Below the pieces are notes generated by a model. The model saw only the letters and a list, made by a program, of their open reading frames with translations, ran no database searches and was not told the DNA's origin. Shown one piece after another: positions 28,401 through 43,523 of a stretch of DNA of 64,000 bases (positions are counted from its first letter, which is position 1; each line of letters starts with the position of its first letter). Source of the DNA: Lobosporangium transversale (Eukaryota); contig NW_019028994.1 of assembly GCF_002105155.1 (NCBI RefSeq), forward strand, positions 124,001 through 188,000. Direction: 5' to 3'. The translations under genes and the position numbers were made by a program.

Positions 28401-28968
28401 CTTGCTAGAGGACGGTTCCCCTCGACCTCATGTAAAAGTGATTGACTTTGGAAAATCTGTCTTTGTGGATCGGGATGAAGTCCAGCGTTGGAGTATGCAA
28501 GAACATATCCCAGAAGATGAATTGGCACTGCTTCCCTTTGTGGTCCTTCCTCCAGACCATGGCTATAAACTGTATAGATCTATCTTGACGCTTCCCCGAA
28601 CTAAGAATGATCACACGCCGTTACCTCCTGTAGACCCTAGGTCCGAGGACGTGTACTCACTAGGCGTATTGATATGGAGGACATTCAGTGGCAAGTCACC
28701 GTGGAATGGTGCGATTGAAGATGATCTAAAGACGATTCGTTATTTGGTGTCGACTGACTCTCAAATCAAGTTTCAGCTGGAGCGAGAGATTACAGGGCCC
28801 GTCTCCCGTGAATTGTTGCTACGCTGTCTGACAGCCCAAGCCGATACTCGATACACGACGCAACAGCTCAAAGAATGGCTGGATCAGCCCAGTGTTGCTG
28901 CAGAATTACTAAAGGAATTTGAGGCGCTGGGAGGTGGCCGCAAGAAGCTAAAGAAGAATTTGGATTAA
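24865..28968 (+). CDS. Bromodomain-containing atypical protein kinase
   Basis: 5 exons splice in frame (GT-AG). Bromodomain FINKVP..NYHLTIKKPMDLTTIEHKL..DFERDLRRISQNATYYN; C-terminal kinase HRDLSEVN, DFG, DVYSLGV. The start codon is uncertain. Confidence 0.8.
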
Positions 28969-29188
28969 CAGAGAGAATCGTTCGCCCGCATCAGATTTTG
29001 GGGAGGCTCATATTTCATGGACCATGCCTCTCCCAAGTACCCACCTATTGTTTTACCCTTAACTCTATACTTTCCGTTATTGTATTCTTTTTATTTCCTG
29101 TCTGTTATATTTATTTTTTAACCTTGTTTACTTCTGGCATTTTAATCGATCATACATGTACTCTCCAAACATTATTCCACTTATCATC

Positions 29189-29221
<33 letters not shown>

Positions 29222-29367
29222 AAGGAAAAGAATCATAACATCATTATTGATATCAACATTACTATTAATAAAAAGCCTTCGTGTTTATTGTATATTAGAG
29301 GACACTGAAATATAAAAGTAAAAAAAAAAAAAATAGCAAGTAGTAATAGGTTTAATTTCGTTTCGCA

Positions 29368-30093
29368 TTAACATAAAATGGATGTAAAGACACTGATGAC
29401 GATCAGGATGGTCGCTAATGAAGTGGAGACCTTTTGGATAGGGGCAGCGGACGACCCTGATCCCGATCCCCCCCTGGCTCCGGTGTGGACGCCTGCAACT
29501 ACCCCGGTTTTAGGCTTACTGCTGTCTGAACTGCCGCCACGTCCACCACCACTACGTCCACCACCACCACGGCCACCACTGCTACCCTTTCTTTTGATGA
29601 GCGGATGTGTCTGGACGACTACTGACGGGAGGATATTAGGGGTCTTGGATAGTACGTCCTTGCTGTTGCTACCGTCCTTTTTGTCGTTGTCCTTGAGGTC
29701 TAAAAAATCAGATAATATCGTGTCAATGTCCTCGTGCTGGTGAAGCTCCTTGTTCTGGCTGTGGATCGCTTGTTGAGGTGCAGAAGCTAGGACGGAATTT
29801 GGATCCGAGATCTTGAAGGCAGGGATATCAACTGAGTTCTTGGGGCTGCTTAAATTTTTGTGAGCGTCTAAAAGGTGTTTTCTATTGTCCACAGGAGATG
29901 CATTGGCAAAAGTAGAGGCGAAAGTGACGGAGAGGAGAGCGATACAGGCAAGTGTGATTGTAGACCTGATTGATATTGTTTTTTTAGTTGTCATGATGCT
30001 GATGCTGGTGGTGCTGATAGTAGAAAAAGAAGGTGAAGAAAGTAAAGAAGAAGAAGAAGAAGTAGTAGTGATGATGGGAGGACGAGAAGGCAT
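29368..30093 (-). CDS. Secreted, probably GPI-anchored Gly/Arg-rich protein
   Basis: Hydrophobic signal ITLACIALLSVTFASTFANA (alternative ATG at 29994), KR site, GGRGGGGRSGGGRGG, then SSAA followed by a hydrophobic C-terminal tail typical of a GPI signal. Confidence 0.7.
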   Translation of the reverse strand: MPSRPPIITTTSSSSSLLSSPSFSTISTTSISIMTTKKTISIRSTITLACIALLSVTFASTFANASPVDNRKHLLDAHKNLSSPKNSVDIPAFKISDPNSVLASAPQQAIHSQNKELHQHEDIDTILSDFLDLKDNDKKDGSNSKDVLSKTPNILPSVVVQTHPLIKRKGSSGGRGGGGRSGGGRGGSSDSSKPKTGVVAGVHTGARGGSGSGSSAAPIQKVSTSLATILIVISVFTSILC

Positions 30094-32763
30094 GGTATGA
30101 GGAAGTGACGAGACTGTGGACCAAGTTGAAGGATAAGGGACGACGGCCGTGTTTTTGAGCGTAGCTTTTTTTTTTTTTTTTTTTTTTTTGATGAGTGACT
30201 TTGCAAAATGGACCCCTTGTAAGGAATTTGTGGTAAAAGACTTTTTGTTTGCTTGCTCGTTTGTTGTTTGTTTGTGGATAAGCAACAAGTGATGGGGTGC
30301 GTAAGGAGAAGAGAGGGACCACGTGTACGTGAACGCGTTTTGTGACTAGAGCCCTCTTTGAATAAGAGACGAACGACGGGAAGGAAAAAAAAAAATAAGA
30401 GTCGAAAAATAAAGACGTGATTTTTTACTAGTGTTATAGTTGTTAGTTGAAGAAAGTAGAAAAGTAGGGGAGAAGAAAATAGAGAAAAAAAAAAGGGTGG
30501 GGAGCCTGAAGGTATTTATTCAATTCTTTATGGCAATAAGGTTCATCCACATGTCAAAAGATGCTTCTACTTCTCTTGACGTGCTGACTATGTCAGTCCT
30601 TCTTTACAGAGCACATGTACATGTACAGAGGGTAAATGACCGTCGTAACAACGAACAGTAGTTGTGGTGTTGAGCATGCCGCCGTCCAGAATTTCTTTTT
30701 TTTCTTTTTTCTTTTTTTTTGTACACCATTTGCCCATTTGCCCAACTGAGAGCAATGTACTGTACCAATGACACCGCCACTGGTACACAAGCACCTCTGA
30801 AATAAATTTTTTACCAGTCCTTCCTTGATGCGCCGTGAAAAAAAAAAAAAAAAAAAAAAATCCTAGCGAAGGAAAAATATAGAAAATGGGAAGATTATAT
30901 GGGCAGACCGAAAGTGAGGAAAGAGAATGAAAAAGGGGGGAAAGGGGGAAAGGAGGAAAGGAATGGATATAGCCCTAAATTCTAATGCATTCTTATCGAA
31001 TGACTATCACCATAATTGACAACCACACATCTACGCGAGATGATGTGGTGGCAAAGATCTCCCATTTTACGTCATCTCTTCTTTTCGCTCTCTTTCTTAC
31101 AAAAACCACTATGATACCCAGGATATGTTTATGAACCTAGCCTAGAACCCTAGAGATTGATTAATATGATTTATACGTGACGCGTCTTTTATGCAACCAC
31201 GGGCTAGATAACACTTTATCTTTAAAAAAAAAAAAAAAAAAAAAACTCTGTGTTCGACAGCGTACCATACGAGGCATATCAGTGCATGAGGGCCACTATA
31301 TCCTCATAGTCGAGATAAAAATGGCCCTCCGTATCCTCAAACTCTTACATTCTTGAGGAAAGATGGAAACGGAAAAAAAAACACTGATTGTTGCATGTAT
31401 TCCATCATATCAAGTAAACAAACAAAACGCCGTAGTAATTAATGTAACCATAAATATCGACCGCATACTGAGACATCAAATTTCTTTGTTACAGCATTTG
31501 AAAAGCATCGAGGAAGGCAGGTTTTTTCCTTGGAATAAGCAGACAAGCCCAGCTAGTAAGGAGTTGACCCAGAGAGTCTCAATATAAGATGAGCGAAAAA
31601 CAAAATGAGATTGAAGCAGTTTGGTACTGGTTTACCAGCACTAGTACTATTAAAAAGATTGTAAATCGTTCATTTTGGAGCTCCTTCGCGCAGCAGGCGC
31701 AGTGTTGTTGACACAGACATCATAGAGCATTTTTTGTGATTTGTAATTCGTGTAACAGTGGCTGCGATGATCGGTGTGCACATTGTAAACTTTATTCCTC
31801 GACTTTTGCGCAGTATAGACCCTATTGTTTATCTTCAAGTGAGGAATAGAACCAAAAACGAATAATATGCTTGGTGCTAGGGCCTGATGTCAACTGATAG
31901 ATGTTCCCCTTTTGACCCCTGTTCCTACTCTCTATTGTCCTCTCTGCCACAAGGGAAATGATACTCCCGTCATCCTAGCCTTGTTATCATGTGTAATTGT
32001 ACATGTGGCAAATGTCGATTTTATTTTATCTTTTTTTTTCATATCTTCCTGAACTTCCTCTATTGATCTAACTTTGGTTACTAATACCCTAATACCGATA
32101 TCTATTATGCCCTACTAAGCGCTTTAGGTCTTTGCAGTCTTTCATTTGTGTGTACGACTTACGCAGCAATAGTGATGCAAAGGCGTGATGAACCGGGGTC
32201 ACCATAAAGAATCCATGCCATGAATTGTTGTCGCACGTCTCTTTGGATTTGGCTATACAACCCTCCGTTCATGGCATGTGCCCTTATATGGCAGGTATAC
32301 GGCCGTATCGGGCCTTAACGCTTAAGATTGAGGACTGTTAACGATTATGTCTGCAGCGGATGCAGCCAGACATCTTTGTGGTTGATTCTTGTGATTATAG
32401 TGGCGTTTATAGCTATTATTTTTGTAGGGTGTTTGACCCTTTTCAAGACAAGATCTATTGCGTTTATAATTGCTCTATGGTTTCAACTTTAGGTACATCC
32501 TTTGATCTTGATGAAATATACCGGGTAATCTGATAGGCAAGATTTTTTGGAGGGAAGGGGAAGTCTGGAGGCCATACTGGCATGAATTGACGTATTGGCG
32601 CCATGTATTAAGGAGCTGGGTTAACTTTTATTTCTTTTAATAGCATATAGCCGTATAATCATTATACCAGTTGAGAAGATGCCAGTTAGGAAAGAAAATA
32701 CTATACCAGAAAAGAACTCTTGTCAGACGTGAGTGCTACAGAGGTTCTAGGTTGAATGTAGTC

Positions 32764-32794
<31 letters not shown>

Positions 32795-33624
32795 AGGAGA
32801 AGAGGAGACAATCCAATCTGCTACAAAATGGTAAAAAGGGTTGTTTGGCATGGTCCATGATCAGAGCGTGATGCAAGTAAAATAACAAAGTTTTTTTGCA
32901 CATGAGCAATTAATTTTTTGTAAAATAGCAATGTCTGATGAAGAGAAAGAGGAGAAGGAGACTCAATTGGGACAAAGGTCCAGGTCTATTCGTCTCCATT
33001 GGCAATCAAAGAGTTGACATGTTTGAGCGACAGGGGGTGCTGGATAATTGAATATCCTTGATGGGATGAGAGCAAAAATATATTAATAATAAATAACACG
33101 ACTGCTTCTTTTTTCATTGAAACCAACGGCAATGGGTTTTCTTCAGACCCGCAACAACGTACATAAACATGGATATGAACATGAACATGCACAGACAAGT
33201 GCACAGTGTGGTGAAGCAGAGACAGGCACGGTTAGCGAAGCAGCATAAAACGATAATAGTAGTTTGATACAATTAGCAACAGGGGCAAGTGGGGGGAGTG
33301 ATGGTGGATGTGAAATGCGTATGTACGAAGTATTTGTTTGCATGTGTGTAGGATGGACATGTGTGTATCACTTGTCTTTCCTTTTTCGTTTTCCGTGGTA
33401 ACAAAAAAATAATTTTTAAATTATCCTGTAATTGTAATGACATTGAACACCCGCGACCTCTGATCACCTCACTCTGATCACCCTCTCTCTCTTTAAATCA
33501 CTTTCTTCTCTCTATCTCTTTCTCTCTTCCTCTCTTCCCTTCTTCTCTTCCTCACCTTCTTTATCTTCTTTCAACTCTTTTATCACCATCTCTCATTTAC
33601 AAAATCAAAGAACAAAAAAACAAC

Positions 33625-36371
33625 ATGCAGACCGCCGACTCGTCTACAATTGCCTCTTCAGCATCTGTACACTCAAAACATCCCTTCAAGGAACCCAAGC
33701 AGATCGAGGCCCTCAAAAACTTCCGAGCTTTGCTCGGCCCTGACAATGTCAACTTTGATGACGCTGTGAGTTTCATTTCATTTCACCTTTTTTTTTTTTC
33801 ATTCTCATTCTTTTTCATTTCATTCATACAAAATTTGGAAAAAAAAAAAAAAACGCGCATGGCCGACGTGTTCAGTTTCTACAACCCATTAGATTCTGAT
33901 CTATCGTTCTCTTTACTACTATTATTATTTAATTAGGAATTGATGCGATTCCTTGTGGCAAGGGGTTTTGATATTGTAAGTATTCTTCCAAGATAATTGA
34001 TAGTATCATTGACGCAATGACGAGAAAAGTGAAGGAGACACTCGAACTTTATGCATCTAAAAAAGAGCGCGGATAATGAAAAAAAAATAAATTGCAAAAA
34101 ATAAAACGATGACATCGATGGACATCGTTTTATTATTATCCGGCTCTTTTTTTATTTGTTTTTTTATTTGTTCGACTCGACCCAGATAAAACTGTAATCA
34201 AGAACGTTTATCACCAAGCAGTGTCAGTATTCGCCCAAGTAATAGTATATAACACATACAACAACACAAAGAATGAGGGGAACTGGGGAAGGGGAAGGAA
34301 GACAGGGATCAATGGACAAAAAAATATAAAAATGGCGGAATGTAACCGAAATTAGGATGCAATACAGAAAGGGATAGACCGAAAATAACCACAGATCTAT
34401 CTGTCTGTGATATTTAACTCATTGCATCCCTGGTTTGTCGTTTTTTTTGTCCTTTACTCTTTCCGCAAACCTCCTCACCTCTTTTTTTTTTTTTTTTTTT
34501 TCTTTTGCAACATAGAACGGTGCAAAAGCTCAGTTGTTTGCTTCCTTGGAATGGCGAAAGACAAATAAGGTGGATGAGCTCCCCATCCCAGGACCTAACA
34601 ATCATAACGGAGTCATGTACGCTGTTCGTGGTTGGCATTCAGTTCCCGATGCCAACGTTGAAGCTGGTCAACCTAATGTTCCAGAGCACGCTGTCCGTCT
34701 TCAAAGATATATGGGAGGCAGTTGTCTTCATAAATGGGACAAGACTGGACGACCCATCTATATTGAGCGCATGGTAAGAAAGATAACAGAGATTAACAAT
34801 CGAAACTAGATTCTCTAAACATGGCTGGGTTTGACTGCGCATTGCTCTGAACTGAACGACAAATAATCGATTTAATTCATTCGAAAGCACAGCGAGCATA
34901 TTGAACTGAATGCTCTTTTTTTCTTCTTCTTCTCTTCTCCTCTCCTTGATTAGGGTCAACACAATGTCAAAGGTTTGGCCAAGAATGTTACAACTGCCGA
35001 ATTAACAGACTATCACATTCGTTGCTGTGAATTCGTCCACAATACTATTATGCCAGAGTGTGAAGAGCGCTTTGGGACAGATGACAAAGCCATTGACAAG
35101 GAAACCGTTATTTTCGACTGTACTGGCATGGGATTCCACCGTAAGTGAAAAAAGCATGGTTACTTTATGGTTTTTTTTTTTTTTTTTTTTTTTTTCTTTT
35201 GTATCGACATAATTTCATTGATTACTGACCATTTTAATTTGTTCAAAAACGTTTAGAATTGCATATGGAGGGCTTAAACATGCTGAGATCATTGACCGAC
35301 ATGGATCAGAAAGCATACCCCGAACGTCTTGGGAAGCTTTTCATTGTTAACAGTCCCATGGTCTTTGTCAAAGTATACTCTATGATCAAGAAGTGGCTTG
35401 ATCCTGGTGGTAAGTCCACATGTTGAAGGTCTTAAAAAATGATCGCATGTGATAGATGTGCATTATTTTTTAGTATTGACCTAATTGCTCCATTTCTTTC
35501 TTTCTTTCTTTCTTTTTTTTTTTTTTTTTTTTTTTGTTTAATAGTCATCCAAAAGATTCATATTCTGGGCAAGGACTACAAAAAAGTATTGTTGGAACAT
35601 ATTGATGAAGAAAATTTGCCTGATTTCCTTGGTGGAACTTGCACCTGCAGCCATATGCCTGGCGGATGTGTACCCTCCGAGATCTTGAAAAACATCAAGC
35701 CTGTTGAAAAGTCATCCCCTACAAATAACAATGACCTCCTTGCCGTACCTTCCTATGTACGCCCTCGATCCTCGTCCATATCATCTGCAAATTCAATCAT
35801 GGACATTGTGATGCCTGGTAAACCCAAGGATGGCTTTTATCAGATGGTGTCGACTATTCCTTCTGGAAATACATGTGAATATGAGATCGTAGTTGCTGAT
35901 GAGGAAGTAGAACAGCAACCAGAGGTGATTATCAAATTCCGTAGTAAAGGAGTACGTGCTGCCTGCGATGGATTTCACTTCACAGTAGTGCGGTTCATGT
36001 TTGGTGAACAGGCAGATAGTGGTACTATGTAAGTTTCTTTGGCTTGATTGTTCTTTTATATATATACATGTATTTAACTATTAATATTGTCCTGTCAAAT
36101 AATCGATATTTTTAATATTCATCTATATTCTAACTCTCCGTTCCGTCGCCACATTTCCCTTCTGAAATACAATAGTGTTGTCCCTACAAAGTTCTACCCG
36201 CTTACAGAGTGCCCTGATAGTGGAGAGGGGATCGAAGTCAAGTTCAGAGCAAAGGATGCAGGATTGTATGTCATGTCATGGAAGCCTGAGAGTTCTCGAG
36301 GTCTAGTTCAAATGGAGTATGGCGTCACAATCGATGGTATCCTTGGAGAGCAAGGATCTGATTCGCCTTGA
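33625..36371 (+). CDS. Sec14/CRAL-TRIO lipid-binding protein with C-terminal extension (GOLD-like)
   Basis: ELMRFLVARGFD, HKWDKTGRPIYIERMG, DQKAYPERLGKLFIVNSP, KIHILGKDY..IDEENLPDFLGGTCTC. Confidence 0.9.
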
Positions 36372-37106
36372 ACAAAGCGAATGGAATTCCTCCAGGGTGG
36401 CTGCCTTTGAAGAAACAGCTTAATGTAATATTTTTCCCTTCACTAAAGCTAAGATTAGTAGGTAGAATGCATCAATGTAAATCACAAAAAAGATGTAAAA
36501 AAAATTAAGAGCATAACAGAAATAACCAGCTTATTAAGAATGGAGACTTCAACGTTTTATTATGTTGTGTTTTGATCCGATGGATACAAGTGTAGAAGTT
36601 GACATGGAGACAGAATAACACTACTGCGCAGTTACCAGGTCTTTCTGGGCGAAATGTTGTGAACTCAGATTAAGCAGTTTCGATAATTTCTTACTTTCTC
36701 CGTCGATAGACTATGGCAATAGTTGATTTCCATTTGGAGTAATTTCAATGCCTTACCGTTTTTACTCAGCAATGACGCCAAGTTCCAGGTCGAATTTGTA
36801 AAAAAAAACCCCCGATCAGTCACGTGCAAAAGGGACAGAAAGAAATACATAGCCCGACAGACTTATTGATGGGGATCATGATCCATGTTGACTGGCTGGC
36901 TGAGTAAAAAAAAAATATAAAAAGACGTTATTCACCCACTCTCTTTCCATCTTTTTCATTCTTGCTCTAAACCTCTTTACTCTACTTCCTTACTCTCATT
37001 CTATTTTAATGTAAGCTATGCCTCCCTTTTACAGAAATACTCATTGCTGCGCTCTCATTCATTCTGGCAACACTTGTTTGTGAATCCCTTTACGACGACT
37101 TTGTAG

Positions 37107-39218
<2,112 letters not shown>

Positions 39219-39954
39219 GCATTCGTTTTGAATAGTTTTCATTTTCCATGTAGATAGACAATAACCAATTTATCATCAATTAAAAAAGTTAAAAAAAAAG
39301 AAAAAAAAAAAAAAGACGCGTGTAGAATATACATGTAGAAGGATTGACCTTTGACTTGGCTTGGATCCGAAATTTATTTAAAGAGCTAACTGAACTAATC
39401 TTAATCGTGTGGGATGGATGCTACTGCACGTGCGCACGGTGTAACCTTGCACCATTCGTGCGCCACAAACACTGAGCATGGGATACGACAACAAATAAAC
39501 AACTCCACAACTTTAGGTGGATTCAAAGAAAGACGAGAAGGAAGGAGAAAGAGGGAAGGAGAAGTGGGTGCGATGCCACTGCAAAAAAAAAAAAAAAAAA
39601 ATTGTTGAAGAGTCTATGAGCCCAATTGGTCGCATAAGCAGCTTTTTCTTTTTCTTTTTCTTTTTCTTTTTCACAAGTGCTCAATGCGCGCGCGTAAAAA
39701 AGCTTCTTTTTCTCCTTCTTTCTCCTCCTTCCCCCTTCTCCTTTCCTCCTTTTTCTCTCCTTTTCTCTTTTTCATAAATTGAATTTGTTTTATTTCTCTA
39801 AACCTCCCTTACGACCTCCATCTTGTCATTTCTCATTCACTTCCTTCTCTGCTTAAACACACATTTGCATTCAACATTCAAACAAAGCTCAAAAGAGAAA
39901 CCTTCAAAAAAAAAAAAAAAAAAAAAAAAATTTAAAATAAAAAAAAAAAAAAAA

Positions 39955-40555
39955 ATGAATAGCGTCCAGCAGCCAAGTGATATCATGGCGGCCTCTTTTA
40001 CGTCGCCTGTATTCGAAGTCAACGACCCCTGGGGCTCGACAGCGCCTAGAGGATTCGAGCCATTGGACGTCAGCACTGTTCTCTGTAAAAATAAATTTGT
40101 TTATTCTTTTACTTGCTTTAGTTGCCATGCTTTTAATCTTCAAGCTCTTTATTTAAACTCTGTCTGCCTTTTCCACCTTTTTTTTTTTATTTTTTTTATC
40201 ATTGCGGTCGATGCTGTCCTGTCTGTGCCCTGTCTGCGTCCTGTCTGTCTAATTCATGTTTGTAATTGCATTACCGCACATCAAATATTTATCATTTCAT
40301 AAAATACTTGCGAATGGTTTTTATAACATTCTTCCCCCCCCCAAAAAAATTGTGATACAATGGGATGATGGTCCTTTCAAATGGGGATTAAAAAAATGTG
40401 ATGACTGCATTAGCGGGACTTCCTCTTCCAGGAATCTACACCACAGCGTTTGATCTGGCCCAGCCCGAGGGCGGGAAGATTACAATGTCGGCGTTGAATA
40501 AGATTCTAAGCGTCAGTGGTCTTCCTCATGCCACTATTGACAAGGTAATTAACAC

Positions 40556-40589
<34 letters not shown>

Positions 40590-40769
40590 GAGTGAGAGGA
40601 AGCAAAATAATAGGTCGAGGACTTTTAAAAAAATGCAAACAGGAACAAATCGGCATGATTTTCATGCGAAAGAGATGAAAGAGGACAAGTGACGACAGCT
40701 TATAAAAGTAAGAGAATGGGAGAAAAAATAAAGGAAAGAAATATTCCCGTGGATATTCCGTAGATGAGG

Positions 40770-40802
<33 letters not shown>

Positions 40803-41036
40803 TACAATACATTGCTATGCGTGGAAATATTTCCATTATTTAACCTCATTCCTTGGATATGCTGTTGCTCGGTCTTGCTGAACTTAGATCATGAATATTG
40901 TGGTCGCACCCACGCGATCAAGAATCACAAAAGGAGAATGCAGTGTTACACTGGCCTTAGTAGCCATGGCTCAGAAAAACATGGACCTTACCATCGAGAA
41001 CTTGGCGATGCACCGGGAAGGTAAACAGGACCACTC

Positions 41037-41068
<32 letters not shown>

Positions 41069-43268
41069 ACAGGCATGCAAGAAAGCAAAAGGAAAAATGG
41101 AGATTCATGTGCAAGCCAAGTGATGTCCTTGCCTTGTCAAGTTTTTTCTTTCTATGTTTTCCATCTGACTTTTGCCCATCTTTCTTGTTCAACTATTTTT
41201 CACCTTAACGCCCCAAGACTTGCCGATCCCTCATTTGCCAGGACTGGAACTCATTGATTTTGGGCACAATAATGATACAGATATCTATGCAACATCATCA
41301 TCATTACCCCGACACCATCGTCCAATTCATGTCGGAACTAATGTGGCAGATCCTTGGAGAAATATGTCTTTTGTCTCCATATCTCCAAAGGGTAATGGAG
41401 GATACCCGCCAGCACCATCTTATCTAGCCTCACCTCCACTTCATTCGCTTGAACCTGAACCTCAAACCACATTAGATCCAGAAGTGACAAGGAAGGAAAT
41501 GTACCAATGGTTCTTGAATGTTGATACTATTAGGATTAGCTTTGCACCAGAAAAAGAAGGCATATTTCTATTCAGGCACACCAATTATATTGTCGAATCG
41601 AAGGTTAGCTTGCATGGATAAATGGAGATATTGGTTTGGAGTGTGTGCCCATGAATTCCCCCGTTGACCTCATTATTACTGCTTGGCTTCAATGTAGAAC
41701 CGCCAAACGACGGTCGTAAGACGGTACAGCGATTTTTGGTGGATGCTAGAAGTCCTGTCCAAGAGATTCCCATTCAGGATTTTGCCCAATCTCCCACCTA
41801 AGAGATTAGGAGGTAAATCGATAAACTTCAGCCCTCGATAGCATATGTCACTGGTTATACAAGCAGAATTACAGATACTAAACATCGGTCGGGAAACTTC
41901 AATGCATCTATAAATTGTGGACAGTAGCTGATGAGGCCTTCTTGGAGCGGAGACTACGTGGGCTCACGAGATTTATGAACGCACTAGTCAGACATCCAGT
42001 CCTGAGGAATGACCCACTTGTTGTGTCCTTCTTGACAGAGCCGGTGGTATGTAATGATAGGGAATAGACTGAACACACTCATACTGTGATGAAACATTAC
42101 GTCGAATTGAATCTTTGACTTTTATTCTAAACGCCTCTTTTAAACAAATAGGAATTGGCATTATGGAGGAAGGAAGTGGTGATTTCAACAGAGGACGAGT
42201 TTACGACACGACTCCCTATCTCTCCAGCACTCGCAGAGCAAATCCCTCTGGCATTGGATCTGGAACTAGAAACCATCAAGAAGCGGCTACCTGCTTCAAT
42301 AGAATACTACCGCAGCATGGTACATGTGTTTGACCGTATTCAAAAGAGAACGGAGGCCAATGCGGCCGACTATACCCGGCTCAGTCTTGCTCTGAAGTAA
42401 GCCCATTGGCCTGTAATGTTTTTGACTTTGTCAATAAGCGATATACCAATATAATCAAATATTGACATTGGCTCTTTTTACTAATTGCAGTGCGTTAGCG
42501 GATTGTGAGAGGAAATGTCATATTGATGATTGTTATAATTGTGGGCAATTAAGTCAAGGCTACAACAAGATTGGTTCTCATTTTAGTCAAACATCTGGGC
42601 TGTTGGAGGAACAGGCACATGCTACACAGCGTGGAATGGTAGAAAATCTGAAGAGACATCGTGACTTGCTGGTCTCTGTCCAAGAATTGCTACAGCGGCG
42701 GGACTATTCAAAAGAGGGTAGTCTTTCAGAGGTTTTGAGGAAGAGGATTGCCTCAAACGAAAACAAGCTCAAGTCATTAAAGAACTCGGCTGAAACTGCC
42801 GCAGCAGCTACTCCTAACTCGGGCTCTGGAAGCCCATCAGCTGTAGGTGATTCTGTGGGACTGTACGACGCACAAATCGAAAGGGTTACCAACAACATCA
42901 ACTCTGTAAGTTGATTTAATACTTTTTTTTTTTTTTTTGCCTGGCCATCACTATTATTGCTGTAGTGCTTTTCCATTTTTATTAAGCATACTTTTATTAT
43001 GATAATTACTATTATCATCGTTATCATTATTACTGTATCATTTTAGGATCGCGCTGAGCTTGAGATCCAAAACCAAAGAGCAATTTTGTTACAGCACACA
43101 CTTTGGATGGAGATCACGTATTATCATAAGTGCCACGCACAGATCGCAACAATGTATCAGGCATTTGTTCATGGTCAAATGAAGACCTGCCAAAGTCTGT
43201 ACGATAATTGGAAGGCGCTCTCACCAACTGTGCATGATCTACCTATGGAAGTCAATGGGTTCAACTAG
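39955..43268 (+). CDS. MVP1: Sorting nexin Mvp1 / SNX8 (PX-BAR)
   Basis: PEKEGIFLFRHTNY, VVRRYSDFWWMLE..RFPFRILPNLPPKR, FLERRLRGLTRFMNALVRHPVL, and a BAR region VENLKRHRDLL. Confidence 0.9.
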
Positions 43269-43523
43269 CCCCACACTCCATGAGATGAACCAAGCGATAA
43301 TTCTCTAAGATGAAAACACTCTTTCTCAATTATCTCAACCTTATCCCATTCCACCATTTGATCTGAAATAACCATTCATTCATCCTTGCACAGACCATTC
43401 ACATATTTTTCACCAAAATACCATTTGTAAACGGAATACTTTGTGTATAACATTAAAAAAAGGCTCAAAATAGCATCATTTTCGAAAACTTGAAACACTA
43501 TTGTTATTAATGATGGGTTATCG

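Noticed and set aside
30300..33600. 3.3-kb spacer between the GPI and Sec14 genes scanned for ncRNA, repeats or arrays
   Set aside because: Only weak short inverted matches; nothing supportable. No CRISPR-like array anywhere in the window.
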